DNA of 64,000 nt from Sedimentisphaerales bacterium (GCA_963663805.2 CAXXMR010000009.1:320001-384000), one strand, 5' to 3'. Counted from the stretch's first letter, positions 19,149 through 30,965 are shown. A program made the numbers and translations. The notes: generated from the letters alone by a model not told the origin.

Positions 19149-20927
19149 CTAATTACATGCCTCGCTGATATCCCATTCGCATCTGAGCCAGTTGGTGGCC
19201 ATAATTGCGAAATCTTCAAGGCCGACACGACAATCACCACTTAGATCGCCATATTCCATACCCATCTGACAAACCGGAGTCACCGTAGTGAAATTCCACT
19301 CCGGACCGGTGCTGACAGCATCGCCGGCAGTAACAGAATCTACTCGCCAATAGTAAGTCTTGCCGTACTCCAGGCCGTCATAATGATAATTTATATCGCT
19401 TGCCAATTGGCTATTTGCCAAAACCATATTGCCGGGATCGTCAGCACCGATATAAATCTCAACGGTATCAAAAGTACCTGCCATCGTCCAGCTCAACACC
19501 TGAGCCTTCAGAATATCAACCGCACCGCTTACCGGAGTTGGATCTTGAGCGCCATTGCCGTTGGTCTCAAAGGTCCACAGGACACCTTCGGTCTTGCCGC
19601 TGGTGATTGGGTCATAAGTATCTACCTGCCAGTAGTAAGTCTGATCCGGTGCAAAATCATAACTCAGAGACGAAATAGCCTGATAATCCACAACCTTGAC
19701 AAAACTCGCGGGGTTCACATTCGGATCCTCAGTGCCAATCCAGACATCACAGTAAACCGTCTCGCCCGGGAAAGGCAGTTCCCATTCCAGAGTATCCAGA
19801 GCAGGATTGACTTCAACTTCGCCAACCGTCGGCATAGGAGTATGAGCGGTATCGTCCGCCACAATGTAAGTATTGCCGCTGTCAATATAAGTCAGAACAC
19901 GCCCCGAACCATCGTACGCCACAATATTATCAGAATCCACAAAAGCACCGATTTCAGTGATATAATCGCCATACATCCAGCAGAACAAACCGCCGCACAT
20001 ATTCAAAACACCCTCACCGCCATTGGTCTCAAATTTCATTATTTTGAGCTCGTCATAGTAATTCATGTTGATAACACCGCCGGAAAGATTAACCTCACCG
20101 TCGCCATAACGACCTACCAGAAATTCGCCGCAACGTATTTCACCACCGGTCATATTGACTACATCCGTCGTACCTGCCGAAGTACCATAACCAACCGCGA
20201 CATAACCATCGGTCCTAAGCAGACCATCAAAGAGATTAAAAATACCGGTACCAACATTTTCACCAAAACGAAGTTTGTCGGCGGAATATATTTCCCCACC
20301 GGTCATATTAACAATAGCTGGCCCCCTCAGACCAGTAACAAATGAGCCGGTTTCAATATAACCACCACTCATATTGAAAGTAACCAGCCCATCTGAGGCC
20401 CCGTGCCCTATTGAAATATACGAAGCGCTGGTCATGATACCACCGGACATAGTCGCGGTTCCACCAATATGGTCAGGCATATCACCAAAGGTAATCCGAT
20501 AGCCAGAATTTATTTCACCACCGGACAGATTGAACGAAAAAGGACCCGGATAACCCAGCAGAAGTTCTCTTGTGGATATTACACCACCGGATACATCCAA
20601 ATAAGCATTATTGTCAAAAGCCAGCTTACTGGAACTTGACTCAAGAGTCAGCGAACCGGAAGTCATCGTCAAACCTACCAGATCGGGACCACTGACACCA
20701 AACCTGATGAACGTACAAATATCCGTAACCACCATGTTTATCAGGGGGTCATTGCCGGTTGCCTCTATATAGGCTTCTTCGGGCGAATCCGGAACCACAT
20801 CCCAGTTGGCGGTGTTGGTCCACAGATTATCACCGCCAGTCCCTGTCCAGTTTATTGTCCCGGCGGCACTAGCCAGCGACGCCGACAACAGACAAATACT
20901 CAAAACCATAACCATTCTTTTCATCAC
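19149..20927 (-). CDS. Secreted protein: Gly-rich beta-helix/passenger-like repeats + 2 FN3-like domains + dockerin-like C-terminus
   Basis: Signal peptide; WTGTGGDNLWTNTANW; repeated N(M/L)(S/T)GG; two TYYW(Q/R)VD motifs; GDLSGDCRVGLEDFAIMATNWL. Confidence 0.8.
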   Translation of the reverse strand: MMKRMVMVLSICLLSASLASAAGTINWTGTGGDNLWTNTANWDVVPDSPEEAYIEATGNDPLINMVVTDICTFIRFGVSGPDLVGLTMTSGSLTLESSSSKLAFDNNAYLDVSGGVISTRELLLGYPGPFSFNLSGGEINSGYRITFGDMPDHIGGTATMSGGIMTSASYISIGHGASDGLVTFNMSGGYIETGSFVTGLRGPAIVNMTGGEIYSADKLRFGENVGTGIFNLFDGLLRTDGYVAVGYGTSAGTTDVVNMTGGEIRCGEFLVGRYGDGEVNLSGGVINMNYYDELKIMKFETNGGEGVLNMCGGLFCWMYGDYITEIGAFVDSDNIVAYDGSGRVLTYIDSGNTYIVADDTAHTPMPTVGEVEVNPALDTLEWELPFPGETVYCDVWIGTEDPNVNPASFVKVVDYQAISSLSYDFAPDQTYYWQVDTYDPITSGKTEGVLWTFETNGNGAQDPTPVSGAVDILKAQVLSWTMAGTFDTVEIYIGADDPGNMVLANSQLASDINYHYDGLEYGKTYYWRVDSVTAGDAVSTGPEWNFTTVTPVCQMGMEYGDLSGDCRVGLEDFAIMATNWLRCEWDISEACN

Positions 20928-21051
20928 AATTCTCCTTAAATCAGAACCGATTACTATTTTCCGACCAAAACCCAGCCGGAATTACACTCAGTCGACAAAA
21001 TGAAACCTTCTCTTCAATTTCCAGAATAGCTTTTCCTTCCAGCCCATTCAA

Positions 21052-21112
21052 TGTAATAATTACAAATAAGACCACCTTTTGCTTGCATATATGTAAATAC
21101 TAATAATTACAA
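21052..21112. promoter_or_regulatory. Candidate operator pair in the divergent promoter region
   Basis: Near-palindrome tgtaataattaca (21052-21064); taataattacaa repeated at 21054-21065 and 21101-21112. Confidence 0.5.
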
Positions 21113-21215
21113 TCCTCACAGATCCCACTCGTAACAAAACAGAAAATGCTTGTTTTTTAACTCAAATTATGGCATATATGTAAATAAAGATTTTTGTTAT
21201 TGCCAAGGGAAACAT

Positions 21216-22316
21216 ATGAAGAAATACGATATTATCTACACAACTTTGGAAAGAGAGATAAAAACCGGCAAATACATGTTTGGTTTTCGGCTGCCTTCGG
21301 ACCTGGAACTGGGCAAGCGGTTTTCCGCTTCCCGTCCCACCATTGCCCGTGCCCTGGGCGAGCTGGAATCTGTCGGGCTTGTCGAACGCAAGGTCGGCTC
21401 GGGTACCTTCGTGAATTTCCACGCCCCCACTACCCGCAAACGATACAAGCTCGGTCTGCTCGTGCCGGGTCTGGGTGAAACGGAGATATTCGACCAGATT
21501 TGCGGCCAGCTTTCACACTTGGCCCAGACCGAAAACTTCAAACTGCTCTGGTACGGCTCAATGGACAGCGGCCCAGAAGAACGCGCCGCCAAACTCGAAC
21601 AACTTGCCAACAGCTATATTGAGGAAAAAATCGATGGAGTTTTTTTTGCCCCCCTGGAACTGACATCTGTTAAGGATACTATAAATCAGAAAATCTCTAA
21701 TATTTTCCGCAAAAACAATATCGCTGTGGTGTTAATGGACCGGGACATACTACCCTTCCCCCAGAGAAGCCAATGTGACCTGGTGAGCATCGACCATTTT
21801 CGCGCGGCATTCATCGTCACTCGTCATTTCATCGAACTGGGCCGTAAGAATATCCATTTCCTGTCCCGACCCTTTTCCGCACCCAGCGTCGAAATGCGTA
21901 TCGCTGGCTGTCGCGAAGCCGTCCGAATCGCAGGATTACCATTCGGTGATGACCATATTCATATTCTAGATTCATTCCACACTGAAGACGCCCAAAAGGT
22001 TAACCAATCTCAACCGGACGCTATTCTGTGCGCCAACGACAGCACCGCTGCGAAATTTATACAAGCTCTCAATAAAGCTAAAATTGACGTGCCCGAACAA
22101 ATAATGGTGGCAGGAATTGATGATTTGCCTTATTCTAAATATCTCTCCCCCACTTTAACGACCTATCGCCAGCCCCAACAGGAACTAGCCCGCATCGCCC
22201 TGAAAACCATGGTAGACAGAATCGAAAACGAAGAACTCCCCCCGCGAACCATCCAACTGACAGGAAAGCTTATTGTCCGTCAATCGAGTCTTCTCGGCAC
22301 GTCTGAAAAAAGTTAA
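21216..22316 (+). CDS. GntR-HTH / LacI-sensor hybrid regulator (AraR-like)
   Basis: RLPSDLELGKRFSASRPTIARAL...GSGTFV wHTH; C-terminal ILCAND, VAGIDD, PTLTTYRQP. Confidence 0.92.
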   Translation: MKKYDIIYTTLEREIKTGKYMFGFRLPSDLELGKRFSASRPTIARALGELESVGLVERKVGSGTFVNFHAPTTRKRYKLGLLVPGLGETEIFDQICGQLSHLAQTENFKLLWYGSMDSGPEERAAKLEQLANSYIEEKIDGVFFAPLELTSVKDTINQKISNIFRKNNIAVVLMDRDILPFPQRSQCDLVSIDHFRAAFIVTRHFIELGRKNIHFLSRPFSAPSVEMRIAGCREAVRIAGLPFGDDHIHILDSFHTEDAQKVNQSQPDAILCANDSTAAKFIQALNKAKIDVPEQIMVAGIDDLPYSKYLSPTLTTYRQPQQELARIALKTMVDRIENEELPPRTIQLTGKLIVRQSSLLGTSEKS

Positions 22317-22494
22317 ATTTTGATAAGGTAATTATTTTCTGGATGGGCGTTTCTGTACTGTCCATGATTCTGGCGGCTTCACTGTGGAAGGTAAAGCCGG
22401 CAGATTAGAGCGAATATCGCAGGGAATAACCTGTTTTTACTCTTAGTGTGGTTATTGACAGTACGGGGGGGATTAGCCTGCATTTAGCCCCTCC

Positions 22495-23310
22495 CTAATC
22501 TCCCTCTGATTTCACCAGCACAACCAAATCAAGCTTATGCGGCACATCGTTCAGTGTAATCTGCCATAATTCTTCCACTACCCAGGCCTTGTCAGCCGGA
22601 TAGAACAACCTTTCGCCGCCCAAAGCGGCCATAATACATTTCTGTCTGTCCAGAAATTCCGCCTGGCTGGTACACCTGCCCATTTCAGCCAGCACTCCCC
22701 GATAAAAATTGCTTACGTGTCCAAAGCCAGCCTTTTCAAGCACTGAACGTCCCAGCACACGTAAATATTCCGGTCCATAATAATTTGCCAGCGCCGGTGG
22801 CGGCAAATGACGCGTGTGAGCATGCTGGCCAGCCACATTTGGCCTGTCCGTAATGCCAGTATGTGTAAACTGACCCCAAAAACAATTAAACGACTCAATC
22901 AGAGCTCTAAACATCTCCAACGCCGCGGCATAAGGATAATCACCCGGCAGACTCAAGCTGATTTGGACATTCCAGCTGCAAGTATCCAGAAGCATACCTT
23001 CGGGCCAACGATGAACCGTCAGAATACCATCGCTCAAGAGAAAATCACGGCTTTGATTTTGCCTCTCAGAGAAAAGTCTGAAGAAATCATCATTTTTAAC
23101 CGGAATGATAAATTGGCTGTTCCGGGTGGTAGTACCTTTTAGTTCCTGCCCGGAGCTTGCCAGAAAACCGGCACAGGCCCGATTGAAATTATCTGCCTCG
23201 AACAATTCCACATCCCGCGTCATCCCATGCAGAAAGTAATAGGGCCCACCTATATACTTCCGCCAGGGCTTACCTTTCCGGTTCGTAATTTCGTACAATT
23301 TCGCACTCAT
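22495..23310 (-). CDS. Putative immunity protein for the upstream RHS toxin
   Basis: Begins 30 nt after the toxin stop, same strand. LANYYGPEYLRVLGR...RGVL resembles Imm52/DUF3396-type proteins (recalled, not searched). Confidence 0.6.
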   Translation of the reverse strand: MSAKLYEITNRKGKPWRKYIGGPYYFLHGMTRDVELFEADNFNRACAGFLASSGQELKGTTTRNSQFIIPVKNDDFFRLFSERQNQSRDFLLSDGILTVHRWPEGMLLDTCSWNVQISLSLPGDYPYAAALEMFRALIESFNCFWGQFTHTGITDRPNVAGQHAHTRHLPPPALANYYGPEYLRVLGRSVLEKAGFGHVSNFYRGVLAEMGRCTSQAEFLDRQKCIMAALGGERLFYPADKAWVVEELWQITLNDVPHKLDLVVLVKSEGD

Positions 23311-23339
23311 AATATTACCTTCAAACATTATAACACATC

Positions 23340-26300
23340 TTAGCGACTGACGTTAATATTTACATTAGCCTGCGCTTCGACAAATTCACTGATACGAGTT
23401 ATGTTGATGTCATTCTGATACAGAATATCCATCGTCTGATTGGACATTTTGGTATAATCCTCCACGATAAGCCCCAGGTGCCTGCCCTGCATGGTTTCCA
23501 GCACCTGCCTTTGCCGGCTGACCTGTTCGACGATTCGGTTAGCGTGCGATGGTGAAATTTCCTTCCAGGCTTTGAGTTCATAAACCGCCCGCGAGCTCAT
23601 AAAAGTATCAATTTCCGCGGTCACGGTGCATTTTCCAGCCCTGACCTTAGTAAGGAAATTCGTTGCCACCTTGTCATCGACCGCCAGTATAAATTTCCGA
23701 GTCAGCTCCTGCCCAGCCTCAGCCGCCGGTGTCAGCGTACGGAGCTTCCGCCGCGATTTACGTATTCGGATAGCCACTTCCGTGCCGTTAGTTAGAATTG
23801 TTCGTGCCCCGCGACCAGCCTTACCGGTCATCCTCGTTAGTTTAGTATAACCCGCTGGCATTCCCGGTATCGCCAACGCCACCACATCACAAACCAAATC
23901 CGCGTATCCATCTATTACCAGCGTTGGATTGTCGGTCACAATCCCCACGGTAATTTTCCCGGTGTCATAGATAACACTGGCAATATCCCAGACCGTTTCC
24001 AGCCCCAGCATCCGTCCATCGGGGTCAACATAAATAACCGGATTATTCCCTACATAGACATAAAGGTTCAGCCCGTCGATATAGCCCGCCGGGTCAGGCC
24101 CCAGCCAGCGTCCCAACTGCGAATCATAATACCGCCGCCGGTTATATTGCCTCAGCAGATTACCGCTGTCCAGAACATCCAGCCGCCGCCCCGTAAACAT
24201 ATAAGGATTACCAACCGCACTAACTTCGCAAGCATTGCCGAAAGCGTCGTAATGATAAAACTCCGATTCCGCACCTTCATGACTGCCTACCAGCCCCACA
24301 ACACTGCCCAAGGCGTCTTTGAGATAATACCAGCGTTTTTCCTCACGGGCTGGCACATAGCTCCAGCCCTGACTAAGATAAACAAAATCCCTCAAATCAA
24401 CAAAGTTGCTGTCGTCATAATCAAAATCACCGTCAAAATCAGCATCGTTCGCATCGCAAAGCCAGCTCTCGCCCAAACCGATAAGCAGCAGCAAATCAGA
24501 TTCATCACCTTCTGCCGCGTTTCCCGGCTCATACATCGCCAGAGCTTCATCGATATTATTACCGTAAACAAAACACCGCGAGATTTCGAAATCATCCTCA
24601 CTCGCCGCCTTTTCATATTCCGCAATAACCCGCTCCCGATTATCATAATAGTATAGACTTTCCTCCACCTCACCGCCCGGCATCCGCCGCAACCGTCGAA
24701 CTCGCCGGCCCAACCCGTCATAGTCATAAGCAGCCACCATAGTCAAATCATCCGCACCGCGAATCTCGACCAGCCGACTCTCCTCATCGTAATAATAATG
24801 ATAGTCATTCATATCACGCCGCAGATTTCCCGCCGGGTCATAATCGCAGGTATGATAAGAGTCATCAGAATGCGTGATTTGCGTGTATTGATTAAGGTTA
24901 TTGATGGTGTAGGTGTCATTCAACGGACTTTCACCGCCCAGTTGATGATTTACGCGATTTGATAAATCATCATAACTGAACGATTCCACCAGCTCGCTCA
25001 AGGCCTCTGGTATTGGCACTGAAAGCAGATATATTTCCGATGATGAAGCTGAAAAAGTTTGCAGTTCAACCTCTGCCACCGGTACCTGCCAGGTTTTTTT
25101 GAGATTGCCCGCCCGGTCATACTCCTTATTTGTCTGGGCAGTCATTTGACCTTTCTGATTATATTTCAGATGCATATCGATATAACTGCCGTTACCAAAG
25201 TTTACCCGAAACAGGGTTTGTCGCCGCTTGTCATAGTAAAATACTTCGGCGTGAACAAACGATTCCGATTTTTGATTCTCCGAGGTGATTATCCAGGTAA
25301 GCAGCCGGCCTGTTTGCGTCTGAATGATAAACTCATGAATATTACCGAATTTGTCTATCAGTTTTTCACTGCGACTTTCCTTACGGTCAAAGTCGGCACC
25401 CAGCTCCAGTGCCCGTACCATGGGCCGATGGTCATGCAAAACATTTCGCAGCATCCGATTCCAGTTTTCATCCCGAAATTTAAGACGCAGAATTTCGTCG
25501 ATACTGTGCTGCCCGTCTAGCTTCGAATATTCTTTTACACCGACATCTGCCAGAAATTCATTTATTAACCAGATTTCCGCCGCTGTTCCCGCCCATTCCA
25601 GCCCGTCCAGACCGCCAAACTCCCGCGGTAGGGGCCCTAGCCCTTTTACTTCCCGCATCACTAACGAATCACTTACCCCATACTGAGCCTTGCGCAGCCG
25701 TCCCAAGCGGTCATAACCAAACAAGTCATATTTCACCGGACTCAAATGAGTGTATTCAATCTCAATTCGATTGCCCGCCCGGTCATATTCATAATGATAT
25801 TCCAGCGTCTCATCAGAATCAGCCGGCACATTAGCGATGCCGATGATTTGCTCCAGATTATTATAACTCAGTGTTTGGGTCAGTCCCGCGTTATCAAAAT
25901 AAATCTCCTGCGTGTGAGGCCCCAGATAAGTATATGCCGCAATCGGGCAGGGGGGCTCAACTCCGTTGTCACGCGTTATAGTATTTATTCTGCCCAACGC
26001 TTCCCGACTATAATTTATAGATTCACCCCCGCCGCCTCCGCTTTGCCCGACCAGCAGCCCCGCCTGGTCATAATCGTATTGTGCAATCACCGCGGACTCG
26101 TCAAACAGCGCAGTTGTCTCACTGGTAATTAGCGAAAGCGAATTATAAGTAAACACCGAACTGCTTATATTCTTACCATCAGCGATCTTCGCAATATTCA
26201 GCAGATTCCCCAAAGCGTCATAACAAAATGTTTCTGTCGCGATAAGCTCATTCTGTCCATCATAAGACTTTCGCTGCGTCAACCGTCCCAGATTATCATA

Positions 26301-29300
26301 TTCATATTCCGTCAACCACTCCCGCCGGTCTCGCCGTTCAATCGTTCGTCCCAGAACATCATAACTGTATCCACATTCACTATCGTTGGGATAGGTTACC
26401 AGCGTCAAGCGGTTAAGGTTATCATATTGATATGTCGTCGTCTGAACCCCCGTGGGGTTTGTTTCATCAGGCCACGCACTCACATAAATTTGCCGTCCCA
26501 GCCGGTCATAACCAAATTCCGTAGTTTGATTAATCCTGCCGCTGCCGTAATCCGCGATTTTCAAAACCTGCCTGCCCAGCCCGTCATAACCAAAAACCGT
26601 AATCGTACCATTCGGGTCCGTTATCCGCTCCAGATTATCCCGAACATCATATTCATAAACCGTCGCCAGATATTCCCCCGGCACCGTCGCCTCTGGTATT
26701 CGCCGAACCTCGCTTAATCTCCCCAACCCATCATGCAACCTTTCAGTCGTAACCGTCAAACTGTCTGTCCCGCTCGCGTAATTCTTCTCCACCAGCACCA
26801 CTCGTCCCAGTGCGTCATAAGCATTAACCGTCTCATTCCCCGCCGGGTCAACACTCGCCGTCAACCTGCCCAGCCCGTCATATTCATACGAACTAACCGC
26901 CGTCAACAAATCCCCGCCGCCATAATACGTCGTTTTGGCACTCAGCCGCCCCAGTCCATCATAATCATAATCAGTCACATTGTCAACAGCACAGTCAATT
27001 GCGATGTTCAACTCCTGTCCCGCGTTGGCTATTATCGCCTTACGCAGAACTTTTTCCGAATTATCATAACTATATCGTATTTGCCGCGCCGCCACATCAT
27101 CGCCATAATCTGCTGTTCCCTTGCCGTCATACGCCCATTCTACCAGGACTCTGCCCAGGCTGTCATAAGACTTGACCAGATAGTTGCCCGCCGCATCGAA
27201 CACCACATCTTCCTGCCTCGCGTCGTCATAATAATTTTTCTGAGTTACCAGCAGTTCCACACTATTCGGCTCGGCATCGATATCCTTACTGATACTGAAA
27301 AGCTGTCCGCCCGCGTAATAATCATAAACCACCTTATTCCCCGCCGCGTCAACAGTCTCCCCCAGCCGATTCAAATCATCATATCGACTCTGCGTAACCA
27401 CATCCCCGCCTTCAACCGCCTCCACATTCCCGCAGCCCGGCCCCTTTTTGATCGCCTCGGCCAAATTCCCAAAAATATCATAGCGATAAAGACTGACACT
27501 ATCCTCTGTATCCTATTCATCCCCCGTATCCAGAAACTTCCGCACCCGAAATTCCCTGCCCCTTCTGTCATATTCCGTTTCCGTTCGACTTACCACATCC
27601 CCGCTGTCGCTGTCTGTATAGCTTTCACTGACAACATTCCCTGCCCCGTCCCGCACATAATCAATCACTCGATTACCACTCGTCAGCCGTATCAACTGTC
27701 CCAGATTATTATATTCCCGATATGTAACCGTCCCATCAGGCCCCGTCTGCTCAACAAGGTCCCCGTCGGCGTTATGCTCATAATTGGTCACCGCGGCTTC
27801 GACTCTCTCTGTTCCCTGCCCATACCCGCTTTTCTGACGAACCATAAAACCCCGCCCATCATATTCACATTCAAGCCAACTGCCCTGCGGATAAGTAGTC
27901 TTAATAACCTCGTTCTGACTATTATATTCATATTCCGTCCGCAAAGCCTCGCCCTCTGCGTCCTCGATAACCGCCGTCCGCCGCCCCAGAAAATTATATT
28001 CATATTCCGTAACAACCCACCCTGCCGGCTCACCAAAGTCAAACGGTTCATCATTGACAGCCTTTTCAAGCCTGATAACATCCCCGTCCCCGTTATAACT
28101 GTAACGCGTCTGCGTCACCAGCACCAGTTCATCATTCTCATCATCCATATCACTTACAGAGCTGATGACAAACGTAGATTCAACCTGCCCTGCCAGATTA
28201 TAGCTGCTGCCCTCCATCTTTCCGCTCGGCCCCATCTTCCGCGTAACCTGCCGTGCCGAATTATAACGATAAGAAGTAACCTCACTGATATTCTCTGCCG
28301 GACAACTCAGCGTCTCAATTTCAACCGTTCCCCATTCCAAATCGCCCACCGCATCATTAAAGTCATAATCAATCTGCCGAATCAACCTGCCTTCTGTGCC
28401 GCCGCTGTCACAAAGCCGCAGCTCAAACCCTATCGTCCTGCCCACTCCGTCGATGTCGTAAATATTTTCAGCCGCGAAGTATTCGGATCAATTCCCAAAT
28501 TATTCCCCGCCTCCAGTTCCGCGCAAAGATACCCCGCCGCCGAATAACTATACTCCGTCGTCCCGCCCAGCGGCCCCGTATGGCTTGCCGGATAAGAATT
28601 CTCGTAAGTATAAGCATTCGCCATACTGTTAGCGTCATGCACCGTATCATAAACATATTCCGCCCGCAACTGATGTCCACTATTATAAACCTTTATATTC
28701 TGCCGATTCCCCGAAGGATACGTAATCGTCTCAGTCACCCCGTCATAGTCAAAACCCGTAACATAACATTCATCGTTAGGGTCAGCGTTAAGCTCGGCGT
28801 ATTCCGCCCGACCTGCCAGAGTCGTAAACGTCGGCCCGTCAAAAAAATTCTTCACCAGACGATAATGCTCATTGTCAACATAAACATATTCTGTCGCTGA
28901 ATAATCATTGCCGTCGTAGCTAACCTGCCGTATCTCATAAACGGCCTCATCACCGCCCCCCGGATTATCCACCGCGAACTCCCGCACCAATAAAGGCCGC
29001 GTCAGATAAACATTATCTTCTGCCCCCGCTTCATCCGTTAGCCCCGCGATTTCTGTCGTATATTCATATTCGGCAATAATATCGCTCGCCGCGTTAAACC
29101 GCCGTTTGATTAACCCATCATAACGGTCATCACCCAGCCCCGCCGCGTCATAATATTCCAACGACTCAAACTCACCGCTGCCTGCCCCGCAGCCGCTGGC
29201 GCACCCCGCGTAATATTTCACCGCCTCACCCGCGTCATTAAATTCCACCTGCCACACCCGCTCCGGCCGCAGTATGTCCCGATTATAAAAACCCACCTCC

Positions 29301-29372
29301 AGAAACTCATTCTCACCCCCGCTGTAGTCATACTTATAATAAACATCACTGCCGCTCGGCGTGTATCCCCGA
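23340..29372 (-). pseudogene. RHS/YD-repeat polymorphic toxin: 5'-truncated, one frameshift (~28465), one in-frame TAG (27513-27515), PD-(D/E)XK-like C-terminal tip
   Basis: Many Y.YD..GR repeats across three ORFs; core NPYMFTGRR...RYYDSQLGRWLGPDP...NLYVYVGNNPVIYVDPDG; tip AEID...YELK...EQVSRQ. Confidence 0.88.
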
Positions 29373-29666
29373 CGATTTAATCCGCAAAACAAAAAACTGC
29401 CGAGATTTTTAAGAACTGCTAAACAGTGGCTAACAATCTAGTTGAACACCAAATGTCAATAAAAAACGCTGAAAAATGAACCAATAGCCTCAATAACGGT
29501 AAAATAAGAATCCATATGTCCCCTAATAACATACCTTTATATTCCGGGTGACAACATCTTGTCATCCCTAAAATAAAGGAAAGTTTTTGAGGTTCTTTTA
29601 TTATTCTTTGAGGGCCAAAAAATTTTTCTTGTCAGGTGCGGGGAGGCGATTTAGAATGCCCGAATT

Positions 29667-30965
29667 ATGATAAGATTCTTACTGGACATAATTTACGTGT
29701 TGCTGATGATTGCTTTGAGCCCTTTGGTGATTTACCGGATGGTAGCTCAGGGGCGTTATCGTCAAGGCTGGGCGGGGCGATTGGGTTGGCCGCCGGTCAG
29801 GAAAAACGGAGGATATTGCGTTTGGATTCATGCGGTGAGTATGGGTGAGGTCAATGCCGCCCGGACGCTGGTGGCTGAGCTGGCCCGGCAGGATGGGGTG
29901 GAAATTGTGATAAGTTCCACGACCGATACCGGGCTAGACCGGGCGCGGCAGGTTTATGGGGGTAATCATACGGTGTTCTGTTTTCCGTGGGATATAAGCT
30001 GGTTTGTGGCGCGGGCATTGCGGCGGGTTCGGCCCGATGTTTGCATAATGATGGAAGGTGAGGTCTGGCCTAACTTTACGGCTCAGGCCTATAAGATGAA
30101 TATTCCCGTGGTTATCGCTAACGCACGGGTCGGGGGGAGCAAGGGTTGGCCTCGTTATCAGAAAATCGCCGCTTTGGTGCGGGGGATGTTTTCTCGGCTG
30201 GCGTTGGTATTGGCTCAGGATGAGGTTCACGCGGAGCGTTTTCGTTTTCTGGGTGTCAGGTCTGAATGTGTAAAAGTAAACGGCAGTTTGAAATATGATA
30301 CGGCTCAGGTGGTGGATGAAGTTGCCGGGGCCGGCGAGCTTGCCGAGGCGCTGGCTTTGAAGGGTGAGCGAATCTGGGTGGCGGGCCAGACCGGGCCGGG
30401 TGAGGAAGCGATGGTTCTGGACTGCTATGCCGAGTTGCTTAAGTGTAATGAATTAAAAGATTTGCGCTTGGTGATGGTGCCGCGAAAGCCGGAGCGTTTT
30501 GATGAGGCGGCCCGGTTGATTTTGGAACGCGGGTATGAGTTGGTTCGTTATAGTGAGATTAAAGGGGCTGAGAAGTTTGTTGATAGTTTTGGTCAGCCGG
30601 TGATATTGGGGGATACTATGGGTGATTTGCGGAAGTTTTACAGTTTGGCTGAGGTGGTGTTTGTCGGCAGGTCGCTGGTGCCGATGGGGGGGTCTGATAT
30701 GATGGAGGTGGCGGCGTTGGCAAAGCCTGTGGTGACAGGACCTTACACCGAGAATTTTGCAGAGACAGTTCGGTTATTAGTTGAGTCTGAGGGGGTTGAG
30801 GTTGTTGCTGATTCGGTTCAGCTAGGGGTGGTTGTTGGGGAATTACTTGAAGATACGGGGCGGGCGGCGAGGCTGGGGAAGAATGGTCGTGAGGTAATAA
30901 TTGCTAATCAGGGTGCGACAAAACGTACGGTAGAAGCGGTTTTACAACTGTTGAGACAGGCGTAA
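29667..30965 (+). CDS. waaA: 3-deoxy-D-manno-octulosonic acid (Kdo) transferase
   Basis: WIHAVSMGEV, ISSTTDTG, EGEVWPN, GSLKYD, VPRKPERF, DTMGDL, FVGRSL. Confidence 0.95.
   Translation: MIRFLLDIIYVLLMIALSPLVIYRMVAQGRYRQGWAGRLGWPPVRKNGGYCVWIHAVSMGEVNAARTLVAELARQDGVEIVISSTTDTGLDRARQVYGGNHTVFCFPWDISWFVARALRRVRPDVCIMMEGEVWPNFTAQAYKMNIPVVIANARVGGSKGWPRYQKIAALVRGMFSRLALVLAQDEVHAERFRFLGVRSECVKVNGSLKYDTAQVVDEVAGAGELAEALALKGERIWVAGQTGPGEEAMVLDCYAELLKCNELKDLRLVMVPRKPERFDEAARLILERGYELVRYSEIKGAEKFVDSFGQPVILGDTMGDLRKFYSLAEVVFVGRSLVPMGGSDMMEVAALAKPVVTGPYTENFAETVRLLVESEGVEVVADSVQLGVVVGELLEDTGRAARLGKNGREVIIANQGATKRTVEAVLQLLRQA

Noticed and set aside
27513..27515. Amber recoding (pyrrolysine or alternative code)
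   Set aside because: TAG terminates other genes normally here (e.g. 7960-9069, 53560-54240), no pyl genes are seen, and the RHS gene has other lesions.
29400..29640. oriC or dif site at the skew switch
   Set aside because: No TTATCCACA-like boxes, no convincing XerC/XerD arms and no dnaA-region genes.
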